Origin: Candidatus Woesearchaeota archaeon
GTDB lineage: Archaea > Nanobdellota > Nanobdellia > SCGC-AAA011-G17 > GW2011-AR18
DNA: 64,000 nucleotides
Direction of reading: 5' to 3'
NCBI GenBank assembly: GCA_018302765.1
Contig: JAGVZG010000002.1
Location: forward strand, 1-64,000
The notes beneath the pieces are model-generated. The model had not been told where the DNA came from and did no database searches. It saw only the letters and a list, made by a program, of their open reading frames with translations. Below are positions 23,798-34,303 of the stretch, piece after piece; the first letter of the stretch is position 1, and the number at the start of each line of letters is the position of its first letter. The position numbers were made by a program, and so were the translations under genes.

Positions 23798-24766
23798 TTA
23801 TTTACTGGAAAAATAATTTATACAGCACCCATTATCTCCAACGTCATATCTAATAGGAATTAATTCATCTTCTATTGTTTCTTCAACATCTGACATATAA
23901 GAACTTAAAACATCAACTCCAAATTTCTTTGATAATTCTATTAGTGTGGCTTTGCTACATCCACTTAGTAACGCAATAATCCTTTCTTCAATATCAGATT
24001 GAGAAGGATCTATTTGCTTGTTTCTTTTTGCTGCATCTTCAAGAGCAATCAAGCACCCCAATTTATGTTCTATTGTTGATAATTCTAAAGGCATAGCTAT
24101 ATCTAATTTATTTATTGTTTTCCTTCCTAAACTAAATCTTGGCAAAGCTTCTATAACTTTATGATCTTTTATTGTTTTGTATGATACATTGCTTTTAGCC
24201 ATTATTGAAGCTAATTCTTCAGCACTGCGTCTTTTATCATCTTTCAAGTAATCATAATCTGGCAATGAAGCATCTAAAAATCTTATTCTCTCCAGTCTCT
24301 TAGCTGAAGGATTAAAATAAACAACGTCTCCAATGAAACCATTAAGCAATCTTTCGTGCAATGTATTTTTAATATGTCTTGCTCTTTCATCAGCTGGAAT
24401 AACTGCTCTTGCCTTATGTCTTTTATAAGTGCTTCCTGCCCATCTAAAGAAACCTGAATCTCCGCCTTTATATTGCATATGCATTGCAGAAATTCCACTT
24501 TCATTAGCTGCTCTTAATAAACCAACTGGATCTGCCTTAGTTGGAAATGTATCTACATTTACAACAACCAAATATCCTCTTCTATTATCTTCTGGCAAAT
24601 TATTTTTCTCAGCATATATATTTCTCTTGCTTTGCTCATTTAATATTGAATTTACACTAGAACCAAACTTATAGCCAATTTCAACTCTTGCAAATTCACC
24701 AGTAGATTTTAGCTGATCAGCTATAAACTCTTGTGCTTCATGCATTAAATGATCATTTTTGGTCAT
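23798..24766 (-). CDS. Hypothetical protein
   Basis: 322-aa ORF, no recognised motif. Confidence 0.55.
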   Translation of the reverse strand: MTKNDHLMHEAQEFIADQLKSTGEFARVEIGYKFGSSVNSILNEQSKRNIYAEKNNLPEDNRRGYLVVVNVDTFPTKADPVGLLRAANESGISAMHMQYKGGDSGFFRWAGSTYKRHKARAVIPADERARHIKNTLHERLLNGFIGDVVYFNPSAKRLERIRFLDASLPDYDYLKDDKRRSAEELASIMAKSNVSYKTIKDHKVIEALPRFSLGRKTINKLDIAMPLELSTIEHKLGCLIALEDAAKRNKQIDPSQSDIEERIIALLSGCSKATLIELSKKFGVDVLSSYMSDVEETIEDELIPIRYDVGDNGCCINYFSSK

Positions 24767-24979
24767 AAAAAAATTAAGGTATTCTTATTTATATATTTTA
24801 CTACTGAGAAGTGTATATTTATTTTCTCTTAACTAATTTTTGGTTTAAATGATTGGATTTTATATGTGCTTCAACAGAGTTTATATATTTATTACAGTAA
24901 GGACATTTTCCTTTCGTTGCTTTCTTAAGATATTTTCTTCCTCTAATTTTTATATTTATTTTTCTTGGCATTTCTGAAT

Positions 24980-25924
24980 TTATTTTTTCTTGTGTTTGAA
25001 CTCTTCTATATAGTCACTTGCTTCTAGAGCAGCCATGCAGCCAGTTCCTGCAGCAGTAACAGCCTGCATATACCTATAGTCATGAACATCTCCTGCTGCA
25101 AATACACCTTCAACGCTTGTTTTTATAATATCATTGACAACAATATAACCATGATCATCTAATTCTATATTTCCTTTCAAGAAAGCTGTATTTGGCTTGT
25201 GCCCTATTGCAACAAATGCACCATCACATTTTAGTTCACTGAGTTTATTACTCTGTAAATTTTTTAATTTAACAGATTCTAGTTTGTTTGTTCCTAAAAA
25301 TTCCTCAACTACAGAATTCCATATCCACTTAATATTCTTAGTGTTCTTTGATTTTTCTTCCAGAGCAGCCTGAGCTTTTAATTTATCTCTTCTATGAACT
25401 ACAGTTACAGTTTTACACAATTTAGCTAAGAATAAAGCTTCTCTCATCGCTGTATCTCCGCCGCCTATTACAATAACATCTTTTCCTTTGAAAAACATCC
25501 CATCACATACTGCGCATGCACTAACTCCTTTTCCAATTAACTTTTTTTCAGACGACAATCCAAGCCACTTTGCACTTGCTCCTGTAGCAATTATAACTGA
25601 TTTTGCATAAAATTCTTTATCTTCTACAAACAATCTCAAAGGATTTTTCTTGAAGTCCACGCCAGTAACATTTTCATCTAGAAATTCTACTCCTAAAAGT
25701 TCAGCCTGCTTTCTCATTTTTTGCATTAATTCCGGACCCTGAATCCCTCCAGGAAATCCAGGAAAGTCATCAACATCTGTTGTAATCATAAGCTGACCAC
25801 CAGGAGTACTTCCTCCAATAACCAAAGTCTTTAGATTTGCTCTTATTGCATATATAGAAGCTGTTAAACCTGCTGGGCCAGAACCAATAATAATTATATC
25901 ATACTCTTTTTTACTCATAAACAA
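24980..25924 (-). CDS. trxB: Thioredoxin reductase
   Basis: IIGSGPAGLTA, GVSACAVCDG redox CxxC, GGGDTA, GVFAAGD. Confidence 0.96.
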   Translation of the reverse strand: MFMSKKEYDIIIIGSGPAGLTASIYAIRANLKTLVIGGSTPGGQLMITTDVDDFPGFPGGIQGPELMQKMRKQAELLGVEFLDENVTGVDFKKNPLRLFVEDKEFYAKSVIIATGASAKWLGLSSEKKLIGKGVSACAVCDGMFFKGKDVIVIGGGDTAMREALFLAKLCKTVTVVHRRDKLKAQAALEEKSKNTKNIKWIWNSVVEEFLGTNKLESVKLKNLQSNKLSELKCDGAFVAIGHKPNTAFLKGNIELDDHGYIVVNDIIKTSVEGVFAAGDVHDYRYMQAVTAAGTGCMAALEASDYIEEFKHKKK

Positions 25925-26044
25925 AATAAAAAGACATTTACTATATAAAATTAATGTTTAATTTTAGATAGTTTCTACATTTTATTAGTTTATAATATAT
26001 TAACTTGAGTACTATGATAATTAGCAGACTATAAAACTATTTTT

Positions 26045-26611
26045 TTATTTTTCTGAACATCCACAACCTTGGCCACATCCGCCATGAGAATTTGGATTGT
26101 CTATTTTAAAGCCACTTCCTCTTTCATTTTCTACATAATCAATTTCAGTGCCTTTAACAATATTTACAAACTCTTTTTCAACAAATATTTTTATATTATT
26201 ATTAATGAAAATTTCTTCATTTTCACTTGGCTTATCAGCAAAATCCAAATTATATTGTAGTGTACTGCCTGTGTCAACAATGCTTAATCTTATGCTATAA
26301 CCTTCTAGCTTTTCTTCTTTCATAAATTCTTTAAACTTCTTTGCTGCATTTTGAGTAATTGAAACTACGTTTTCAATTCTTTTATCTTTATTTTCTATTG
26401 TTTTGTTTATATCATTGACTAGTTTTTCAATAGTCTTTTCATCTATGCCATGGCCTAAGCAACCATTTTCTATAGTTTCAAATGGATTAACTGCACATCC
26501 AACACAGTGCAGACCATAGCTTAACATAACTGAAGTTGTTTCGGGATATTTATTAACTACTTCTCCTATAGTCATATCTTTAGTTACTAGTTGTTTTGTT
26601 TGTACTACCAT
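26045..26611 (-). CDS. DUF1858-like domain fused to HesB/IscA-like Fe-S carrier domain
   Basis: ITKDMTIGEV...GLHCVGC...ETIENGCLGHG then ITQNAAKK...IDY...GFKIDNPN..GCGQGCGC. Confidence 0.75.
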   Translation of the reverse strand: MVVQTKQLVTKDMTIGEVVNKYPETTSVMLSYGLHCVGCAVNPFETIENGCLGHGIDEKTIEKLVNDINKTIENKDKRIENVVSITQNAAKKFKEFMKEEKLEGYSIRLSIVDTGSTLQYNLDFADKPSENEEIFINNNIKIFVEKEFVNIVKGTEIDYVENERGSGFKIDNPNSHGGCGQGCGCSEK

Positions 26612-26642
26612 AGTATTAAAATTAATAATAAGTTAATAAAAC

Positions 26643-26996
26643 TTACTTTTGAAAAAAATCTCTAATATTATATTGTGAATTATTTGTTAAGACATTTATT
26701 TCGTATCTGTCTTCTCTTTCAATTCTAATAGATTGTTGAGGACAATGCATTACTATAGGTTGCGATCTTAATGCTGCCAAATCAACAACATTGCCATGAT
26801 CATCAATGAATTCACATCGTCTAACTTCAACAGTCCTGCTTCCAAGCCTATAAATCTCAGTTCCATCTGATTTAGTTTCAACGTATTGTGGCATGAAAAT
26901 TGATCTACTTAATACAGGAACTCTTCCTCCAAATATTTCTATTCTTCCTAATTCATTTTCTAAATCAAAACTACTAATATTTCTAAATCCTTTCAT
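26643..26996 (-). CDS. Hypothetical protein
   Basis: 117-aa ORF in a run of co-oriented orphan ORFs. Confidence 0.45.
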   Translation of the reverse strand: MKGFRNISSFDLENELGRIEIFGGRVPVLSRSIFMPQYVETKSDGTEIYRLGSRTVEVRRCEFIDDHGNVVDLAALRSQPIVMHCPQQSIRIEREDRYEINVLTNNSQYNIRDFFQK

Positions 26997-26998
26997 TT

Positions 26999-27193
26999 TT
27001 AATCCTCTCCTTTAGCAACTAAATCTTCTAAACCAGATGAAATATTATCTTTTGTAAAATTACTTAAATATCTACTTTCATATTCAAATTCATAACCTAT
27101 AGGGCTCTTCTTTTTATAAACTCTTTCTAATCTACCAAATATTTCAGCAAGTTCTTCTCTTACTATATCATGATATTTATTACACTGCATCAT
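26999..27193 (-). CDS. Hypothetical small protein
   Basis: 64-aa ORF tightly spaced to the next ORF. Confidence 0.4.
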   Translation of the reverse strand: MMQCNKYHDIVREELAEIFGRLERVYKKKSPIGYEFEYESRYLSNFTKDNISSGLEDLVAKGED

Positions 27194-27270
27194 TTTATAA
27201 TATTACAAACTTAACTTATTTATATATCTTTTGTTTATTTATTACTAGTTAGTAATAATATAATCTAAAA

Positions 27271-27687
27271 TTATTTTCTTTCCAATCTTCTCATTGTAAC
27301 CAATATATAACTTAGTTTTTTTATAAGAGTTTTATAGCCTGACCTTTCGTATTCCATTCTTATATTTTCATCACTTGTAACCACATATACTTTACTTTTT
27401 GGTATTTCATTCATTTCTACAACATCATTTACTTTTCCTTCAAGACTATCTACAAAAAAAACATCAACACTGGAAATAATTTCCCTACAGCCGCTAAATC
27501 CTCTATATATTTTATCCTTATCAAAACCTTTTAATGATAAATATTCTACTGCACCATTAAAAACTACGTCTTGATTTGCTTCAGTAATTGGTTCAACAAA
27601 AGACACGTGTAAGTCATAACTTCTCAAAAGTCCACTATAAACTTCTACAATATCTGTTGCACCATCTTCTATGACTAAAACTTTCAT
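27271..27687 (-). CDS. Hypothetical protein, receiver (REC)-like
   Basis: MKVLVIED start, later VFFVD strand and VYVVTS. Confidence 0.4.
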   Translation of the reverse strand: MKVLVIEDGATDIVEVYSGLLRSYDLHVSFVEPITEANQDVVFNGAVEYLSLKGFDKDKIYRGFSGCREIISSVDVFFVDSLEGKVNDVVEMNEIPKSKVYVVTSDENIRMEYERSGYKTLIKKLSYILVTMRRLERK

Positions 27688-27724
27688 AAGAAAAATATTA
27701 AAAGAAAAAATAATAAAGCTTGCT

Positions 27725-27916
27725 TTATAGTGCCTTATAATTTATGTATATTAAAAAAGCCAAGGCAATCAATGCCAAATAGCTAACCCACATTGGAACA
27801 ATCCAGTTTCCAAACTTTGCACTATAATTGCTTACTATTCTAAATAAATGCAACAAAAAAATCAAACTAAAAACAACTATATTTATAGCCAATGCTAGTT
27901 TTGTATACTTGACCAT
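27725..27916 (-). CDS. Small two-TM membrane protein
   Basis: 63 aa with two hydrophobic helices. Confidence 0.55.
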   Translation of the reverse strand: MVKYTKLALAINIVVFSLIFLLHLFRIVSNYSAKFGNWIVPMWVSYLALIALAFLIYINYKAL

Positions 27917-28004
27917 GTAGATTTAATATTAGTTATTATATTTAAATTTATTTAACATTAAATCAAAAGTATTATAAATAATTACCATTTAATAGTGGTG
28001 TAAA

Positions 28005-29255
28005 ATGATTGCAGAAATACATGAAAGACTCCTTGCTACAATTAATGAATTTGAACAAGATACAATAAATGGAAAAATTTCTTTAGTAGTACCTGTTAAA
28101 TTTTTTAGTACATTTTTTAGTACTTGCGGTCCAGATGATAATACAGCAAGTTCTTATAATTTCCCTAAAATAAATGATGAGCCTGTTGTTAGAATTGGTA
28201 GAATAGATTTAGATTTGTCTGGCTTGGAAGGCATATTAAAACATAGAAGTATAAAATATAAAAATCCTTACAAACTAAATGCACTTAGAATTAATGAGGT
28301 AACTTCAAAAACTTTTGATTCTGGAAAAGACCAACTCGTTTATCATATAAATGGCACTTTATTTCAATCAAGAGATTATGGTAGCGGCATACCTGCTGAA
28401 TTTCCTAGTAACTACTCTGTTTTAGAATATAGCTTAGATGTTGATGAAGTACTATGTGACTTATCTTATCATACAGAAGAATTTCTAAAATCAAGCAATT
28501 TTATAAGATTGAAAGACAGAAAATTTATTGTTGATGGCAAACCGCAATCAATTGGTGTTATTAGCCAAACTAATTTAGGGTTCTATATAGATATACCAGC
28601 ACAATCTACAGTATACAATTTATCACTTGATAAAATAAATTTAAGAAGGCCAGGATGCCTTGTTGTAAGCGGCGATGCTGAGTTTTATGTTGAAGATGGT
28701 CCAAGATTTAAAAATGATTCAATAACATTAAAAGATGTCTGTTTGCCTCTTGAATATTTGTTAATTGACGAAAATTATTTATATACGAGAAGAGCAAAGT
28801 CAAGAAGATTTTATTGGTTAGTTGGAGCAGCTGCAGCTTTGACATCTGTAATTGTCTTAGCTGATAAATTTTTATTTGATTCTATTTCCACTGATAATAA
28901 ACCAAAAGAAACTGTTCAAGTTCCAATTAATAATCAACATTACAATAAAGATAGAAAAACAGTAAGAGAACATGCCCAACAATTTATACCAAATAATTTA
29001 GGATATTTTAATTATTCAATGTCAAGAGGAAATGGAGTTGATATATTTATTTATACAGTTAAAAGTGGAGATGGGATAATAAGAATAGGAAATTCTTTTA
29101 ATTTTTTAGATAAAGCTGCTGGTGATAATTATTCAGAAATTTCATATGATACTGCGAAAGGTTATAATCCAAACATAGTAAATGCAAATGGTAATCCAAT
29201 CAATAATTTAGTTCCTAAAAGAAAAATATTTATAAACGCCAAAAGAAGACAATAA
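28005..29255 (+). CDS. Membrane-anchored protein with C-terminal LysM-like domain
   Basis: Single TM (WLVGAAAALTSVIVLA) then YTVKSGD...YNPNI...N.L....I. Confidence 0.5.
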   Translation: MIAEIHERLLATINEFEQDTINGKISLVVPVKFFSTFFSTCGPDDNTASSYNFPKINDEPVVRIGRIDLDLSGLEGILKHRSIKYKNPYKLNALRINEVTSKTFDSGKDQLVYHINGTLFQSRDYGSGIPAEFPSNYSVLEYSLDVDEVLCDLSYHTEEFLKSSNFIRLKDRKFIVDGKPQSIGVISQTNLGFYIDIPAQSTVYNLSLDKINLRRPGCLVVSGDAEFYVEDGPRFKNDSITLKDVCLPLEYLLIDENYLYTRRAKSRRFYWLVGAAAALTSVIVLADKFLFDSISTDNKPKETVQVPINNQHYNKDRKTVREHAQQFIPNNLGYFNYSMSRGNGVDIFIYTVKSGDGIIRIGNSFNFLDKAAGDNYSEISYDTAKGYNPNIVNANGNPINNLVPKRKIFINAKRRQ

Positions 29256-29266
29256 ATTTAGATAAA

Positions 29267-29590
29267 ATGACAGAACATCCAGTAGAACAATTAAGATATG
29301 TAGCTGATGATGAATTAGGTATATATTGTGAAGCATTATTAATTAGGTGTGGAAAAAAAGTATATTATGTCATGCACAGAGGGCGTGGAAATTATAATGG
29401 AGAAAGGCCTGTTTTTGTTCATGAAAAAATTGTTTTTTCTGAGAAAGAAAGTTTGTTAAATGATTTTCCTGGACTTTATACTAGTGGATGGAAAGAAACA
29501 AATGCAAGATGTGATTATGATGTACCTTTAGCAGAATTTCAAGCTGCTAGAAAAAGAGGATTGCAAGGCAGATTAGAAAGAATGTTATAA
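29267..29590 (+). CDS. Hypothetical protein
   Basis: 107-aa ORF. Confidence 0.45.
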   Translation: MTEHPVEQLRYVADDELGIYCEALLIRCGKKVYYVMHRGRGNYNGERPVFVHEKIVFSEKESLLNDFPGLYTSGWKETNARCDYDVPLAEFQAARKRGLQGRLERML

Positions 29591-29613
29591 TTTCAATTTC
29601 TTAATTATTTTTA

Positions 29614-31071
29614 TTATGAAGGAAGATTAAGAACGGTGCTTTTTATTCTTGTCATAGCTTCTATACTGTATTTTATTCCTTGAGTTCCTATGCCGCTGCT
29701 TTTTATACAACTAAATGGAAAATTGTCTGGCCCCCTATCACTTCTTCCATTAATTTGAACTGTTCCTACTTCCAATTTTGAGGCGATATCAAATGCTTTG
29801 TTAATGTTATTTGTAAAAATTCCAGTTTGCAATCCATATTCAGAATCGTTTGCAACCTTTATAGCTTCTTTTTCATCTTTAATTCTGATTATTACAGCAA
29901 CAGGCCCAAACTGCTCTTCGTGATATAATCTGCACTTGCTTGTAACATTATCAAATATTGTTGCTCCCCAGAAATTTCTTTCTCTAAACTTGCACATTAA
30001 CTTCTTGGCCCCATTATTGTTTGCATCATCAATCAATTCCTGTATATTATCAGCAGCTTCATTATTTATCAAAGGAGTAATATAAGCATCTTCCTCAGGT
30101 TTGCCATGCTTAAGCTTATCTGCTTCTTTAACAAACTTATCAATAAACTTATCAGCTATAGAATTAATCAAGATAATTCTTTTAACAGCAGTGCATCTTT
30201 GTCCTGAATATGAAAAACAACCGCTTACGCATTCTCTCACAGCAAGATCTAAATCAGCATCTTCTAAAACAATAACAGCATCTTTTCCTCCCAGTTCTAA
30301 AAGCAAATGTTTCATTCCGGCTAAATTAGCAATTCTCTTTCCTACTTTTGTACTCCCAGTAAATGCTATCATGTCTACGTCTTTATGTTTAACTAAATAA
30401 TCTCCAATCTCACTGCTATTGCCTGTAACAACATTAAGCACACCAGGAGGAACTCCTGCTTCCAGAAATAACTCAGCAATATGCAAAACAGAAATAGCGC
30501 CTTGAGTACTTGGTTTTAAAACAACAGAATTTCCTGCAATTAAAGCAGGAGCAATTTTGCTGCAGCTTAGATTTACAGGATAATTAAAAGGGCTGATTGC
30601 CAAAACAACACCTATTGGGACTCTGCCAACAAGGGCTCTTTTTTTCCTTTCACATTTGTAAAAACATTCACCTTCTAATAATTCCCCATTCATTCTTAAT
30701 CCTTCTTCAGCAGTTGATCTTATCAAATCAGCAGTTCTCTCCACTTCTGTAATTGACAACGATCTGGCTTTGGCAATTTCTTTAATTAATTGGTTTGCAA
30801 TTACTTCTTTATTTTTTGATAAAAGCTCAGATGCTTTATTTAGTATTTCAGCCCTGGCACTTACAGGAAGTTCTGCCCATTTCTTCTGTGCTTTTTTTGC
30901 AGTACTTAAAACATTGTCAACTTCTTTTTGATTTACTGCTTGTATTTTTCCCAGCAAAGAATTATCTACAGGAGAATTAATACCAATTGTTTTTTCAGAG
31001 CTTGAAAATACCCATTTTCCATCAACTAAATACTTGTAATTATTTCCCTCTTTGATATAAGCAAATGGCAT
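29614..31071 (-). CDS. gapN: NADP-dependent non-phosphorylating glyceraldehyde-3-phosphate dehydrogenase (ALDH family)
   Basis: ISPFNYPVNL, FTGST, LELGGKD, SGQRCTA, EEQFGP, RGPDNFPF; ALDH family is certain, GAPN specificity is likely. Confidence 0.8.
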   Translation of the reverse strand: MPFAYIKEGNNYKYLVDGKWVFSSSEKTIGINSPVDNSLLGKIQAVNQKEVDNVLSTAKKAQKKWAELPVSARAEILNKASELLSKNKEVIANQLIKEIAKARSLSITEVERTADLIRSTAEEGLRMNGELLEGECFYKCERKKRALVGRVPIGVVLAISPFNYPVNLSCSKIAPALIAGNSVVLKPSTQGAISVLHIAELFLEAGVPPGVLNVVTGNSSEIGDYLVKHKDVDMIAFTGSTKVGKRIANLAGMKHLLLELGGKDAVIVLEDADLDLAVRECVSGCFSYSGQRCTAVKRIILINSIADKFIDKFVKEADKLKHGKPEEDAYITPLINNEAADNIQELIDDANNNGAKKLMCKFRERNFWGATIFDNVTSKCRLYHEEQFGPVAVIIRIKDEKEAIKVANDSEYGLQTGIFTNNINKAFDIASKLEVGTVQINGRSDRGPDNFPFSCIKSSGIGTQGIKYSIEAMTRIKSTVLNLPS

Positions 31072-31152
31072 AACAAGATGCTAGTTATTTTTATTAAATA
31101 ATTTTATATTCACTTTGTAATGATTAAAATATATTCTCATTTAGAATTATTT

Positions 31153-31464
31153 CTATTTTTTATTGTAAATAATCATTGCTGTCCCCAATGACATTCCAAG
31201 AAAACCACCTAAAATATAAATATTAGATATATATTTAGTAACTTCATTAAGAGCAGTTCTGTATTCATGAAAACTAAAACGTAATTCTTCAAAGCTATTA
31301 GCAATGTCGTTTCTTATATCATTAGAATCTGTCAAGCATTCTAAACTATAAACATTTTCCCTGTTCTCTATTTTTGGAATATTAAATCTAATGTTTAGTC
31401 CTGATAATGCTGTAACTGTTCCAACTCCAAAAAATAATACTGCAGCTAAATTTTTTAATTTCAT
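31153..31464 (-). CDS. Hypothetical membrane protein
   Basis: 103 aa with N- and C-terminal hydrophobic segments. Confidence 0.45.
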   Translation of the reverse strand: MKLKNLAAVLFFGVGTVTALSGLNIRFNIPKIENRENVYSLECLTDSNDIRNDIANSFEELRFSFHEYRTALNEVTKYISNIYILGGFLGMSLGTAMIIYNKK

Positions 31465-31622
31465 AAAAAATATGAAATAAACTATTCTATTTAAACTTTT
31501 CTATTATTTAACTACTAATAAATAACAACAATATAATAAAACCTAAAATTGTGCTTAGTTAAAAATTCAAACTAAACGACTGCAAAGAAACCTTTAAAAG
31601 CATCATATTTTTCTCTCATTGA

Positions 31623-32042
31623 ATGATAATAGACGGAACAAATTTAATATTGGGAAGATTAGCAACGTTCGCTGCCAAAAAGGCTCTTGAAGGTGAATCA
31701 GTTATAATAGTAAATAGTGAGAAAGTAATTCTTACAGGCAATAAGAATTTATTAATAAGAGAATTTATAGAAAAACAACATATGGGTCATGCTTACAAAG
31801 GCCCTTTTTATCCAAAGATGCCAGATCGTATAGTAAAAAGAACAATAAGAGGAATGCTTCCTTACAAACAGGAGCGTGGAAGAAAAGCATTCAAACGTAT
31901 AAAATGCTTTATTGGCTTACCTGAATCTTACAAGAATCAGAAACTGGAAACAGTTCCTAAGTCAGGTTATAGCAAATTAAAAACATTAAATTTTATAACA
32001 GTGAATGATCTAGCTAAAGCAGTTGGTAAGGGTGTTGCTTAA
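31623..32042 (+). CDS. rpl13: 50S ribosomal protein L13
   Basis: IIDGTNLILGRLA, GPFYPKMPDRIVKRTIRGMLPYK. Confidence 0.96.
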   Translation: MIIDGTNLILGRLATFAAKKALEGESVIIVNSEKVILTGNKNLLIREFIEKQHMGHAYKGPFYPKMPDRIVKRTIRGMLPYKQERGRKAFKRIKCFIGLPESYKNQKLETVPKSGYSKLKTLNFITVNDLAKAVGKGVA

Positions 32043-32441
32043 ATGGTAAAAAAAATTATTCAAACAATTGGTAAGAGAAAAAGTGCAATAGCGAAAGCTA
32101 CACTATCTGCAGGCAAAGGCGTTGTCCGTATTAATCATCAGCTTCTTGATAGTATAAAACCAGAACTATTAAAACAAAGATTAATGGAACCTTTATTATT
32201 ATCAGATGATAATTGGCAGAAAGTAGACATTAATGTCATTGTTAATGGTGGCGGAGTTCAGGGACAAACTGAAGCTGCAAGACTTGCAATTGCTAGGGCT
32301 TTAGTTGAGTTTAATAAAAAACTAAAAAAACCTTTCTTGGATTATGACAGACATTTACTTATAGCTGATGTTCGCTTTAAAGAAACTCGTAAACCAAATG
32401 ATTCTAAAGCTAGAAGTGCAAGACAAAAAAGTTACCGTTAA
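32043..32441 (+). CDS. rps9: 30S ribosomal protein S9
   Basis: GKRKSAIA, GGGVQGQ, YDRHLL, ARSARQKSYR. Confidence 0.97.
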   Translation: MVKKIIQTIGKRKSAIAKATLSAGKGVVRINHQLLDSIKPELLKQRLMEPLLLSDDNWQKVDINVIVNGGGVQGQTEAARLAIARALVEFNKKLKKPFLDYDRHLLIADVRFKETRKPNDSKARSARQKSYR

Positions 32442-32473
32442 AAAAAAGAGCTTTAATAATTTTCTTATTTAAT

Positions 32474-32887
32474 TTATTTTTTTCTATAAAATACTTTAAA
32501 ATATAATCTTTTATCTTTTGAAAATATTCTAAAATGCGGCTTTCCAATAATCTTCTCTTTATCAACTTTAAATTTTTTTATTGGAGTAAAATCTTTAAAT
32601 GACCTGAGAGTAAAATTTTCAAATTCTCCTTCCTCAATTTTTCTTTTTATCACAGCCAATCCTGTAGTAGTTAGCTCATAAGTTCCAGGAATAGGAAAAG
32701 AAGCAAATGCAGCAAACCTCATAGCTTCAGCTTTAGCTCCATAGCCAAAACTTTTTCTTTTTGTATTGCCTTTTTCTTTATATAATTTATAATATTCATA
32801 AAATACCCAACCTGGCAACAACCATCTAACATTCTTAACTTTTTTTACTTTGTTTAAGGAATTTCTTATCTTAGAGAATTTTTCCAT
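32474..32887 (-). CDS. Hypothetical basic protein
   Basis: 137-aa ORF. Confidence 0.45.
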   Translation of the reverse strand: MEKFSKIRNSLNKVKKVKNVRWLLPGWVFYEYYKLYKEKGNTKRKSFGYGAKAEAMRFAAFASFPIPGTYELTTTGLAVIKRKIEEGEFENFTLRSFKDFTPIKKFKVDKEKIIGKPHFRIFSKDKRLYFKVFYRKK

Positions 32888-32921
32888 ATTAATTTACAAT
32901 GGTTTAAACTTATATAATTAT

Positions 32922-33635
32922 TTATTCAACATTCCTTAATTTTCCAAAGTCATAAACCTTATCTTTTTCTACAACATAAGCCTGAAAATTTCTTAAATCC
33001 TGCTGCAAAAATGGACTTAATAATTTACCTCTTAAAATATCAGTTCCGACAGTTAAAGTATTGAATGAAGGCAAAACAATCAAATTTTTATCTAAATATT
33101 TTCCTTTTAAAAAACATTTAAATACTTCATATTTACTTTTTTCTCTAAGTCCAATAGCAGGATGCTCATGACCTATAATTATTAATTTGCTTTTTCTGAA
33201 ATCTTCATTGTCAATTATCTCATCACCATGGCATATTAAAATATCATCAATTTTATAGTATTCAGAAAGTTCAATACCTTTCTTCTTAGCTATAAAAGGC
33301 AGTGTAACATCATGATTTCCTTTTATTATAATTAATTTTTTAGAACGTTTCAAAAACAAGTCAATTATTTTTAATATGTTATTCCATTCTGTATTATTTA
33401 TAACACCAAACTCATGCTTTAAATCCCCTGTTACAACAACAGTTTCTGTTTCTTTGTTTTTTAATATATTATCTATTCTTTCATAAGTATCCTTGAACTG
33501 TATTTTAGGAATTAATACTCCTCTTTGATTTAAAGACTCTTCATAACCTAGATGTACGTCTGCAATAATTAAAGTCTTATATTTTTTAATATACAAACAC
33601 AAGTCTACAATTTCTATGTCCTTATAAAAGCCCAT
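32922..33635 (-). CDS. Calcineurin-like metallophosphoesterase
   Basis: ADVHLG, GDLKH, GNHD, CHGD, GHEHP motifs. Confidence 0.88.
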   Translation of the reverse strand: MGFYKDIEIVDLCLYIKKYKTLIIADVHLGYEESLNQRGVLIPKIQFKDTYERIDNILKNKETETVVVTGDLKHEFGVINNTEWNNILKIIDLFLKRSKKLIIIKGNHDVTLPFIAKKKGIELSEYYKIDDILICHGDEIIDNEDFRKSKLIIIGHEHPAIGLREKSKYEVFKCFLKGKYLDKNLIVLPSFNTLTVGTDILRGKLLSPFLQQDLRNFQAYVVEKDKVYDFGKLRNVE

Positions 33636-33685
33636 ACGTATATTACAATAACAAGACTTTTAAAAATTCCTATAATAATTTTTCT

Positions 33686-34303
33686 ATGAATGCACTTGAT
33701 GAAATTAAAATTGTATTAGAAAGTTATACTTTAGATAGAGTTAATACTAGAGTTTATTCATTTCCTGTATTAGTTGTCCCTTTTCGTGCAAGATTTGGCT
33801 ATGAACTTACTAAAGTGTATGATGAAGGAAAGAAAGATTATAATATTGTAGTTGGTCTGCAACAAGGAGTATCTATTAGTGAACCTAGAGAAATTCTTGA
33901 ATTGTTATACATTCCAGAGTTTTTAATTCAAGATGAAGAACTAGCAAGAAAATCAGGTAAAATATATAGCAAAGGAAATTTAGTAGCTTTCTCTAGAGAT
34001 GATATGAATACTCTTTTTACTACATGTATTAAAAAACGGAAACCACTAGAATTTGGATATCTTGCAAGTGAAGAAGAAAGAGAATTATGTTCTTCTTTGT
34101 ATGATTTAGATGGAAATGAAAAAATCCAAATGCTAAAAACAAATGCAGAATGGAGAGGAAAGTCTAGAGACTGTAGTAAAGTATTATTGTCTGTATGGAT
34201 AAAAAAATTTTCAAATCAAAAGAATTATCCAAGAGATAAAGATCCACAGCTTTATGATGCAATAACAAACATAGCAGAATTATTCATACAAGAAATGAAT
34301 TAA
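33686..34303 (+). CDS. Hypothetical protein
   Basis: 205-aa ORF. Confidence 0.5.
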   Translation: MNALDEIKIVLESYTLDRVNTRVYSFPVLVVPFRARFGYELTKVYDEGKKDYNIVVGLQQGVSISEPREILELLYIPEFLIQDEELARKSGKIYSKGNLVAFSRDDMNTLFTTCIKKRKPLEFGYLASEEERELCSSLYDLDGNEKIQMLKTNAEWRGKSRDCSKVLLSVWIKKFSNQKNYPRDKDPQLYDAITNIAELFIQEMN

